Origin: a virus
Lineage: Duplodnaviria > Caudoviricetes
Length of the DNA: 33,231 nucleotides
Strand: one strand, 5' to 3'
IMG/VR virus record: IMGVR_UViG_3300005058_000153
Location: 1-33,231 of that record
In this document: piece after piece, positions 8,884 to 15,907 of the stretch
Position numbering within the stretch: the stretch's first letter is position 1
Layout of the letters: every line of letters starts with the position of its first letter
Translations under genes and position numbers: made by a program
Notes under the pieces: generated by a model
The model's database searches: none
The model's input: only the letters and a program-made list of their open reading frames with translations
What the model was told of the DNA's origin: nothing

Positions 8884-9864
8884 ATGAAATTTTTTGAAAC
8901 TGTGCGAGAGGCACTACGCACGAAGCATTATGCTTACCGCACTGAGAAAACGTATATGCACTGGATACGTCAATATGTGCGATTTGTGAAGCCGATTCAC
9001 CCGCGTGAGGCGGGTGTAGGTGGTGTGAAACGCTTCTTGACTTGTCTGGCAGTTGATAGGCAAGTTTCGGCATCTACTCAAAACCAAGCATTGGCGGCGT
9101 TGTTGTTTTTGTATAAGCTGTATGGCGTGGACTTGGGAAATTTAGAAATTGTCAAGGCAAAGAAATCTGTCTACTTGCCGACCGTGTTGACGCATGATGA
9201 AGCGATGCGTGTCATCGAGCAATTAGAGGGTCAGTATCGCATCATGGCGCAATTGATGTATGGAGGCGGGTTGCGTTTGATGGAGTGTTTGCGTTTGCGC
9301 GTGAAGGATGTTGATTTTGAAAATCGAACTTTGACATTGCGCGAGACGAAATCTAACCGAGACAGAGTCACTTGTTTGCCTGAATCGGTTGTATCTGCTT
9401 TGATGTTGCACTTAGCGAAGGTGAAAGCACAACACACGGAAGATTTTGCGAATGGTCGTGGTGAAGTTGAATTGCCGTTTGCGCTGGATAAGAAATATCC
9501 AAACGCACCTTTTGAATGGGCTTGGCAATATGTGTTTCCTGCACATGGATTTTCTAAAGACCCAAGAAGTGGCAGAGTTCGCCGACATCATGTTTATGAG
9601 ACGAGTGTTCAGAAGGCTATCCGTGCGGGTAGCAGAAAGGCAGGAATATACAAGCATGTAGGTCCGCATACGTTTCGTCATTCGTTTGCAACCGAGTTAC
9701 TCAAGAATCGTTATGACATTCGGACTGTGCAAGAATTACTTGGTCACAAGGATGTAAGAACGACGATGATCTATACCCATGTAACTTTGAATGGGAGCGG
9801 TGTGATTTCACCGATGGATGCGCCATCAGGCGTTATTAAACAGCGCGTTGCTGTTGAATCATGA
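8884..9864 (+). CDS. intI: Integron integrase
   Basis: [34 protein letters not shown], IntI-specific insertion [53 protein letters not shown]; catalytic R-K-H-R-H-Y all present. Confidence 0.96.
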   Translation: MKFFETVREALRTKHYAYRTEKTYMHWIRQYVRFVKPIHPREAGVGGVKRFLTCLAVDRQVSASTQNQALAALLFLYKLYGVDLGNLEIVKAKKSVYLPTVLTHDEAMRVIEQLEGQYRIMAQLMYGGGLRLMECLRLRVKDVDFENRTLTLRETKSNRDRVTCLPESVVSALMLHLAKVKAQHTEDFANGRGEVELPFALDKKYPNAPFEWAWQYVFPAHGFSKDPRSGRVRRHHVYETSVQKAIRAGSRKAGIYKHVGPHTFRHSFATELLKNRYDIRTVQELLGHKDVRTTMIYTHVTLNGSGVISPMDAPSGVIKQRVAVES

Positions 9865-9871
9865 GTTCGGC
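9853..9871 (+). other. Putative attI simple site, crossover G|TT at 9865/9866
   Basis: GTTGAAT-CATGA-GTTCGGC (7-5-7); GTTCGGCTTC is the exact reverse complement of GAAGCCGAAC (10032-10041) ending cassette 1. Confidence 0.75.
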
Positions 9872-9893
9872 TTCTTTGTGAAAGGATAAACCT

Positions 9894-10076
9894 ATGGCTC
9901 ATACTTGTCCTGAATGTTGGAAAATTTGTACCTGTCAAGGTGATTGGGATGATATTGATTTTGGCGATTGGTATGGTTGCGAGTGTGATTGTCAAAAGTT
10001 TCCAGATATGAGTGACTTCGTTGGCGATGACGAAGCCGAACACAACGCGCACCTGACAAGTGGCGGTCAGGCGTAA
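9894..10076 (+). CDS. Cassette 1: small Cys/Asp-rich protein
   Basis: AAGGA RBS; 60 aa, 7 Cys; ends inside attC1. Confidence 0.75.
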   Translation: MAHTCPECWKICTCQGDWDDIDFGDWYGCECDCQKFPDMSDFVGDDEAEHNAHLTSGGQA

Positions 10077-10126
10077 AAAATGGATAGGTTCACGCCGCCA
10101 CTTGCAGGTAGCGCAAACCGTTCGGC
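10035..10126 (+). other. attC site 1 (92 bp)
   Basis: R'' GCCGAAC, L'' GCGCACCT, stem CAAGTGGCG/CGCCACTTG, L' AGGTAGC, R' GTTCGGC; unpaired C and A on top strand. Confidence 0.9.
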
Positions 10127-10149
10127 GGCTTCATCCCAAAGGTGAAAAA

Positions 10150-10530
10150 ATGTTTCCACGAAATCACGGCAAAACACAGCATCGTAAAATAATTGCTGGA
10201 GCAGTTATAAAAAATACACTTGATGAAGTAATCAGGCTTCTTGTGAAATTTGGAGATGCTGCATTATTTTCAGACACTCAAATCAGCAAAGCGGCACTTG
10301 AACTAACCGAATTAGAGTTTGAGTTATTACAACTTCGTCAAGAAAATATAGAGTTGAAAGCGCGTCTCGATACGAACCGCGCTCAGGTCAAGGCTATGGC
10401 AACCGAGAAACGCCGCCGAACACAGCGTGCACTGGACGTGTGCCCTGCGTGCGCTGGCAAAGGTAATATTCAAATCGGTGTTTATAGCGAAACGTGTTCA
10501 GCCTGTCACGGTACGGGCACACGCCAGTAA
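10150..10530 (+). CDS. Cassette 2: coiled-coil protein with C-terminal CxxCxGxG Zn-finger pair
   Basis: AAGGTG RBS before ATG 10150; CPACAGKG and CSACHGTG. Confidence 0.75.
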   Translation: MFPRNHGKTQHRKIIAGAVIKNTLDEVIRLLVKFGDAALFSDTQISKAALELTELEFELLQLRQENIELKARLDTNRAQVKAMATEKRRRTQRALDVCPACAGKGNIQIGVYSETCSACHGTGTRQ

Positions 10531-10545
10531 CGCAAACCGTTAGAT
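10415..10545 (+). other. attC site 2 (131 bp)
   Basis: R'' GCCGAAC, L'' GTGCACTG, stem CGTGTGCCC/GGGCACACG, L' CAGTAAC, R' GTTAGAT. Confidence 0.9.
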
Positions 10546-10569
10546 GCTAGTCTTTCCTAAAGGTGTCGC

Positions 10570-10908
10570 ATGAGAAAGTCACTCAAACAGAAACTTCTTG
10601 AAAAGCTCCACAAGGAGCATGGCATAATGCTCGACCCTCTTGATATGGTGAGTTATCGGCGTAATGGGTTTGGTTCCCGAATCGTGTCATGGGGCACAAT
10701 TCACAACAAGCCCGCATATCAGAGTTTTGAAACTATGGCTGATTGCTTGAAATATCCTACAAAACTTGTGCGTGGAAATTTTGGGCGAGACAGAGAAATC
10801 ACTATCGAGATTGATTTTGAAAAGATTGCCGCATCTAACAATGCGTTAATTGACGAGTGGTGGGCTGTGGTTTCGAGTGGACGAGTTATAACCACCACTC
10901 GCAATTAA
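10570..10908 (+). CDS. Cassette 3: hypothetical protein
   Basis: AAGGTG RBS; 112 aa; stop in L' of attC3. Confidence 0.75.
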   Translation: MRKSLKQKLLEKLHKEHGIMLDPLDMVSYRRNGFGSRIVSWGTIHNKPAYQSFETMADCLKYPTKLVRGNFGRDREITIEIDFEKIAASNNALIDEWWAVVSSGRVITTTRN

Positions 10909-10923
10909 CGCTCGCCGTTGGGC
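10833..10923 (+). other. attC site 3 (91 bp)
   Basis: R'' ATCTAAC, GCGTTAATTG-A-CGAGTGGTGG / CCACCACTCG-CAATTAACGC, R' GTTGGGC; GCATCTAAC complements cassette start GTTAGATGC. Confidence 0.9.
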
Positions 10924-10943
10924 GCAGAGGCAAAGGTAACTTT

Positions 10944-11612
10944 ATGCGAGTATTAAACCTGTACGCGGGCGTTGGTTGTAATCGTTTGCTGTGGGAAGGC
11001 GTAGAAGTTACAGCCGTTGAATACAGCGCGGATATTGCCGAAGTTTACAAAGACCTATATCCACAAGATGAAGTCATTGTTGCAGATGCACACGCCTATC
11101 TTTTAGAACATTACAAAGAGTTCGATTTTATTTGGTCAAGTCCGCCATGCCAAACGCACAGCCAAATCCGTTATAACATTGGCTACAAGGCTAATCGTAA
11201 ATACACAAAGGTCAAAGCAAAATATCCCGACATGAAACTTTACGAGGAAATCCTTATGCTGAAATATTATTGTCAAGGCTTGTGGGTAGTTGAAAACACA
11301 ATCCCATTTTATCCACCGCTTGTGGAGGGCGTAAAAACTGGAGGTCATATCTGGTGGAGTAACTTTGAAATCACGCCCATTGAACACGGCACACGCGGAC
11401 ATCGTGGCGGAACAGTTGAAACCCTGCAAGACCGAAAGGCTATCAATCTTAATAAATACAAGATTGGAAACAAGCGTCAAATCTTGCGGAATTGCGTTGA
11501 GCCAGAGGTAGGCAAGCATGTCTTTCTTTGCGCCAAACAAAAGATGCACCCGACCGATGGTGGGCTTTCTGCTTCGGACAGTGAATCCACACCCGCCACC
11601 ATCGGCGGGTAA
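10944..11612 (+). CDS. Cassette 4: orphan C5 cytosine DNA methyltransferase (short type)
   Basis: Motif I VLNLYAGVG, motif IV SSPPCQ, motif VI VVEN, motif X-like LRNCV; AAGGT RBS before ATG 10944. Confidence 0.85.
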   Translation: MRVLNLYAGVGCNRLLWEGVEVTAVEYSADIAEVYKDLYPQDEVIVADAHAYLLEHYKEFDFIWSSPPCQTHSQIRYNIGYKANRKYTKVKAKYPDMKLYEEILMLKYYCQGLWVVENTIPFYPPLVEGVKTGGHIWWSNFEITPIEHGTRGHRGGTVETLQDRKAINLNKYKIGNKRQILRNCVEPEVGKHVFLCAKQKMHPTDGGLSASDSESTPATIGG

Positions 11613-11626
11613 TCCCAACGTTCGGC
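11532..11626 (+). other. attC site 4 (95 bp)
   Basis: R'' GCCAAAC, L'' ATGCACCC, stem CCGATGGTGG/CCACCATCGG, L' GGGTAAT, R' GTTCGGC. Confidence 0.9.
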
Positions 11627-11643
11627 GGCTTCGTGAGGTAAAA

Positions 11644-12057
11644 ATGATTATTCCGAGAGTTGGAGATTTTTGGGAATTTCGGCCTACGAGTGGCAAGAAG
11701 CACACCACAAAGAAACGCATCAAGCGTATCTATTGGTCTGCGAGTAACGTCACTGGGCGCATGTGTCCGTGGATTGAATGGAGTCACACACCGAAAGCGC
11801 GGCACATTGGAAATATCCGTGTGAAATATTTTTTGAAAGAGCGAGCGGTCAGGCGCATCAGTAGCGCCGCCCAACCCGCGCTTGGGTCTATCAAGTCAGC
11901 GCGAAAGGCGAAGTCATCCGCCCAAAACTACGTTGCAGATTTGAAAATCTGCATAACGGAATCCGAAGGAAAATCTTATCCATGCCTACCAAATGAATCT
12001 TGGAAGTGGATAGAGATAGAGCAGGATGAGTTTGCGAAACTCGAAAGGAGCATATGA
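11644..12057 (+). CDS. Cassette 5 ORF A: basic hypothetical protein
   Basis: GAGGT RBS before ATG 11644, just after R' of attC4. Confidence 0.7.
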   Translation: MIIPRVGDFWEFRPTSGKKHTTKKRIKRIYWSASNVTGRMCPWIEWSHTPKARHIGNIRVKYFLKERAVRRISSAAQPALGSIKSARKAKSSAQNYVADLKICITESEGKSYPCLPNESWKWIEIEQDEFAKLERSI

Positions 12058-12290
12058 AAAATGAATTTGTCTTTTGCGAAAGGTGTGGCGCAAAACTAAC
12101 AACCCAAAAAAGTGGTGAATATAACGTCATCTGGCTTGAATACGATCAACGCACAGGAACGTACACCAACAAAGAAGTGCCCGCTGAATTTTCACAAGGC
12201 GGTTTTCCATTCGGTAAAGATTGCGCAAAGATTGTTCTGGGAGAGCATGAAACCGCCGAATCCGAATCCACATCTCAGGTGGTTGCCTAG
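12054..12290 (+). CDS. Cassette 5 ORF B: small Zn-binding hypothetical protein
   Basis: AAGGAG RBS; CERC...FGKDCA; ATGA overlap. Confidence 0.7.
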   Translation: MKNEFVFCERCGAKLTTQKSGEYNVIWLEYDQRTGTYTNKEVPAEFSQGGFPFGKDCAKIVLGEHETAESESTSQVVA

Positions 12291-12321
12291 CGCCCCGCGC
12301 TGGTAAAGCGCCCCGTTAATA
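12291..12321 (+). other. Right half (L'-R') of a disrupted attC5; end of array
   Basis: C-TGGTAAA-GCGCCCC-GTTAATA has the same layout as the attC1-4 right ends; matching left piece at 11869-11884. Confidence 0.6.
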
Positions 12322-12373
12322 AAATACTGAATAAATTTGTTGTATAATAATTTTTGAAAGGAGGCAGAACAAA

Positions 12374-12465
12374 TAAATAGAAAAGCACTTCCTGCAATAA
12401 GCGGGAAGATTGTCGGAAGAATGCGCCCGACGACTCAACTGAGTCGTCGGGCGCATTCTATTTTT
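12374..12465 (+). promoter_or_regulatory. Structured leader copy 1 (hairpin + antiterminator/terminator)
   Basis: CTTCCTGC/GCGGGAAG hairpin; long perfect stem AGAATGCGCCCGACGACTCA/TGAGTCGTCGGGCGCATTCT + T run; near-identical copy at 15908. Confidence 0.75.
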
Positions 12466-12497
12466 AGTAGTTATTCAAATTCAAAAGGAGATTTGAA

Positions 12498-12929
12498 ATG
12501 AAATTAGATATTGAAAAAGTTTTTATCACACTGGGTTTGCCTGTTGGGTTAATCTCTGTGTTTGGCGCAGTACTGATTTACTTAGGCTTGTCACTTGATG
12601 CAGTGCTTACCATTGCAGGTAGTATGGCAGGTCTGCAAGCATTGTTCAGTCTTGGTATTGATGTGTCGAAGTGGACAGGCGCAGTCAATGACGGCGATGC
12701 AGGTAAATGGTCTGCGCTTCTTAACTTGATTGGAGTTGTGTTGATTGCCTTCACACTGTATTGGAATCCAATCTTTGACTTTTCTACATTGGATGCTCAA
12801 TTGGCTGACTTTGCTAAGTTCCTTGCGATGGCGTTTAGTTATGTTATTCAAATCGCTGGCACAAAGTGGGTTCATCAGTTCACTACAAAGGGACTTGGCG
12901 TGAAAGCATTTAGCAAGTCCAGTGCCTAA
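12498..12929 (+). CDS. Four-TM membrane protein (possible holin)
   Basis: AAGGAG RBS; hydrophobic helices and basic C-terminus; function inferred. Confidence 0.55.
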   Translation: MKLDIEKVFITLGLPVGLISVFGAVLIYLGLSLDAVLTIAGSMAGLQALFSLGIDVSKWTGAVNDGDAGKWSALLNLIGVVLIAFTLYWNPIFDFSTLDAQLADFAKFLAMAFSYVIQIAGTKWVHQFTTKGLGVKAFSKSSA

Positions 12930-13299
12930 TAGACCACCGCATTCATGCCCTCGTCATGGATGGGTATTAGTCCGTGATGGTGGTGAACGATGTCATTTAT
13001 GTCCGCCACCATCACGGACACCAGACCGTAGACCCAATGCAAATAAACGTGGGTATGGTGTTGTGCATCAACGCAAACGGGATGCACTGATAAAGAGCAA
13101 GATATACTGCGAAGATCCTTATAGATTACACAAAGGTCGTCGGGTTATGGGAACTATCCGCGACCATAAGCAACCACTTAAACAAGGTGGCACAGATGAT
13201 ACATCGAATGAGATGTTGTTATGTACGCCATGTCACAACATTAAGATATATCGAGATGGTAGCCGTGTCAAAGGTGCAGGGGGGATAAAAAAGTTTTGA
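12922..13299 (+). CDS. HNH endonuclease (terminase-associated)
   Basis: RGYG, DHKQPLKQGGTDDTSN..LLC.PCHN.K; directly upstream of terS. Confidence 0.9.
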   Translation: MPNRPPHSCPRHGWVLVRDGGERCHLCPPPSRTPDRRPNANKRGYGVVHQRKRDALIKSKIYCEDPYRLHKGRRVMGTIRDHKQPLKQGGTDDTSNEMLLCTPCHNIKIYRDGSRVKGAGGIKKF

Positions 13300-13376
13300 T
13301 TATAGGGAGACTAGACCGCGTGGGTATATCTTTTTTAGAAAAATTCCCAATGTGAGAAATTCGTGACGTAAAAACT

Positions 13377-13931
13377 ATGCCAGCTAAGAAACCTAATTCA
13401 ATCAATAATAAACATCAGACCAAAAAAGAATCGCGTGCTCGTGGTGACGCTGAATCTGCAATGGAGCCTAAAACGAAATTGACCATCACACCGCCCGCCG
13501 CGCTGAAGGGACATAAAATTGCGTCCGCTGAGTGGGTGAGTTTGATAACGCTATACAACGAACTAGATGCAACGATAGTGACTAAACTCGATGAGCGAAT
13601 GGTTATAACATATTGTAAGTTGATAGAAGAAGAATTCAACCTTGAAGCCAAAGTAAAAAAACTTGACCAAGCACAAAAGGATATGCTTGCTAACGCCTCA
13701 CGGATTAAACCCAACACTGAAAATTTGAAAACATGGGTTGGGATGTGGTCACAAGTAAACGGATTGACAGCAAACTTCAAAGGCATGGATGCACGCTTAG
13801 ATGGGAAACGTAAGCATAGACTTTCATTGGAGCAATCACTTTACTTAACCCCCCGTTCCCGTGCTGGAGTTGCACCACCCGAAAAAGAAAAAGTACCAGA
13901 GAAAAGTAAAACTGAAAGCGCACTTGAATAA
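13377..13931 (+). CDS. terS: Terminase small subunit (P27-like)
   Basis: PPAAL...A..EW, LD...YC, L.LTPRSRA; position between HNH and terL. Confidence 0.8.
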   Translation: MPAKKPNSINNKHQTKKESRARGDAESAMEPKTKLTITPPAALKGHKIASAEWVSLITLYNELDATIVTKLDERMVITYCKLIEEEFNLEAKVKKLDQAQKDMLANASRIKPNTENLKTWVGMWSQVNGLTANFKGMDARLDGKRKHRLSLEQSLYLTPRSRAGVAPPEKEKVPEKSKTESALE

Positions 13932-13934
13932 TTA

Positions 13935-15548
13935 ATGAGTAATTTAATTTTTGACAAAGCCAAAGCCGAGCGGGCAATACGAATAATAGAATGTCTTAAA
14001 CTGACTGGTGACTTTCACGGTCAGCCGTTTGTATTTGAGGAGTGGAATAAAAAAATAGTATCGGATATTTTCGGGACGATGAACAAGCGTGGGTTACGTT
14101 TGTATCGTGATGTGTATGTGGAAGTGCCAAAGAAAAATGTTAAATCATTTTTAGGTTGTACGATTTGTACCAAGCAACTGTTCGATAAACAAGAGCCGAA
14201 TGGGTTAATTTATTTTGCAGGTGTAGATAAAGAAAGTGCACGCTCTACATTGTATGAGCCTTTGGTTGAAATCATCACGCAAGACCCCGCACTTGAAAAG
14301 CGTGTGAAGATTACTGATAGCATCAAAGAGATTAAAAACAAACAGACAGGCACAATTCTAAAAGTTCTTTCCAGTGATGTAGCCAACAAGCACGGACCTA
14401 ACCCAAGCCTTACAGTGATGGATGAAATTCACGCATGGCACGGACGTGCCTTGTATGATGTGCTTACCTATGGTTCGAGTCTTGCACGCCGTGAGCCTTT
14501 GCGGATTGTATTGACCACCGCAGGTGATGACCCCGACAGAGTAACCATAGGCTGGGAGTTACACGAAAAAGCCAAAACAGTGATTGAGGCGCGAAAGCCT
14601 AATGGCGATAAATCAAAAGATATACCCACGCTTTACCCCGTGATATTTGCTTACGAAGGTGATGATATTTGGAATGAAGAAAATTGGTACAAAGCCAACC
14701 CTATGCTCGACATCGTTTTTCCAATTGAAGCCTTGCGCGAGCTTGCAACCGAAGCAAAACTTAGCCCAGCCAACGAGAGATTATTCCGCTGGTTGAATCT
14801 TAACCAGTGGACAACTACCAAACTAACCAGTTGGCTGCCACTTGATTTGTTTGATGAAACCAATGCAAAGGAATGGTCACGCAAAGATTTACTAGGGAAG
14901 GATTGCTACATCGGTGGAGATTTTTCTACCACCACAGACTTATCTGCTGTTTGCTTGATTTTTCCGCCTCAATCTGGCTTCGACGATTGGCGCGTGATCT
15001 GGGACTGTTGGATTCCTGAAGACAATATGCGTGAGCGTGTAAAACAAGACAAAGTACCTTACGATAAATGGGCGGCAGACGGTTGGATTTATCCCACGCC
15101 TGGCAAGGTGATTGATTACACCATGATCGAAAAGCGGTTCGTGGATTATAAAAATATGTATAACATTATCAACTTGCCTTTCGATTTATCTTTTGCCACT
15201 ATGTTAGTGCAACGCCTGCAAGAAGAACACGGCTTAACCGTGATTGATGTGCCACAACAATATGCCACGCTTACCGACCCGATGAATCAAATTGAAGTAT
15301 TGCTACGCCGCAAACAACTAAGCCACGAAGCCCACCCTGTGGCACGCTGGGCATTTGGTAATTCATCTATTTCAAAGAATGGCAATGCACAAATAAAACT
15401 GGTAAAAGAGCGCAAAGGCAAAGGCGTAGATAAAACTAAACGTATTGACCTTATGACCGCAATGGTGAATGCCATGTCACAGGCTAGGTTTTATGGTAAG
15501 GGCGTGGTGGATTTGACTAGAATTCTTGATAAAGATTGGGGTATGTGA
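13935..15548 (+). CDS. terL: Terminase large subunit
   Basis: GQPF, PKKNVKS Walker A, HGPNPS...MDEIH Walker B, TTAG, W.KANP, GGDFS...DLSA, RID nuclease motifs. Confidence 0.95.
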   Translation: MSNLIFDKAKAERAIRIIECLKLTGDFHGQPFVFEEWNKKIVSDIFGTMNKRGLRLYRDVYVEVPKKNVKSFLGCTICTKQLFDKQEPNGLIYFAGVDKESARSTLYEPLVEIITQDPALEKRVKITDSIKEIKNKQTGTILKVLSSDVANKHGPNPSLTVMDEIHAWHGRALYDVLTYGSSLARREPLRIVLTTAGDDPDRVTIGWELHEKAKTVIEARKPNGDKSKDIPTLYPVIFAYEGDDIWNEENWYKANPMLDIVFPIEALRELATEAKLSPANERLFRWLNLNQWTTTKLTSWLPLDLFDETNAKEWSRKDLLGKDCYIGGDFSTTTDLSAVCLIFPPQSGFDDWRVIWDCWIPEDNMRERVKQDKVPYDKWAADGWIYPTPGKVIDYTMIEKRFVDYKNMYNIINLPFDLSFATMLVQRLQEEHGLTVIDVPQQYATLTDPMNQIEVLLRRKQLSHEAHPVARWAFGNSSISKNGNAQIKLVKERKGKGVDKTKRIDLMTAMVNAMSQARFYGKGVVDLTRILDKDWGM

Positions 15549-15630
15549 TTTTTAACGAAGGGAATGATATACTTATGAACATGGGATTGAAACCTGTAAA
15601 TCATGCGGTGGGGTTTTGGAGTATTGAGTC

Positions 15631-15849
15631 ATGGATATAGAATGTAGAAAACGTGGAAAACCTTTTAATTTTCTTGTAGCATCATGTGGTATTGGTTATT
15701 CGTATGGTTTTTATCGTTGTCCGTTTTGTGAGCAATTACATGCTATGGCGATTTCTGGATTTTCCATTCCTGATGACATTTTGAAAAACAAAGAAATTAT
15801 AGTAATAGAGACATTTCGTCCAGTTGACAAGAATCAATATTCAACTTAA
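15631..15849 (+). CDS. Hypothetical protein (AT-rich, CPFC motif)
   Basis: 72-aa ORF with GGAG upstream. Confidence 0.5.
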   Translation: MDIECRKRGKPFNFLVASCGIGYSYGFYRCPFCEQLHAMAISGFSIPDDILKNKEIIVIETFRPVDKNQYST

Positions 15850-15852
15850 AAT
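15824..15852 (+). promoter_or_regulatory. Sigma70-type promoter
   Basis: TTGACA-17 bp-TAAAAT. Confidence 0.7.
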
Positions 15853-15907
15853 GCAGGTTGATGGTTTGCTAGGGTGCCCCCCTCACTCTGGCGACCATCA
15901 ATAAAAC

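Larger units (their letters stand above)
8884..12321 (+). mobile_element. Integron: intI + attI + 5-cassette array downstream of and co-oriented with intI
   Basis: IntI, four intact attC hairpins and one split attC; each cassette's 5' end is complementary to its own R'' box. Confidence 0.92.

Noticed and set aside
8884..9864. Ordinary prophage integrase or XerC/D
   Set aside because: It has the IntI-specific insertion and adjoining attC array, and sits mid-operon rather than at a prophage end. A secondary role in phage integration cannot be excluded but has no support here.
10035..11626. Hairpins as simple intrinsic terminators
   Set aside because: No U tracts; they carry R''/L''/L'/R' boxes and bulges typical of attC.
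10060..11643. Longer ORF-track starts at 10060, 10857 and 11518
   Set aside because: They begin inside the previous cassette or its attC. RBS-backed ATGs lie just after each crossover (10150, 10944, 11644).
12320..12348. Promoter at TATAAT 12343-12348
   Set aside because: Perfect -10 in AT-rich DNA but no convincing -35 or extended -10; not called, though an activator-dependent late promoter is possible.
12374..12465. tRNA or known riboswitch (e.g. c-di-GMP)
   Set aside because: No cloverleaf or T-loop and no aptamer consensus I can recognise; left as an unassigned structured leader.
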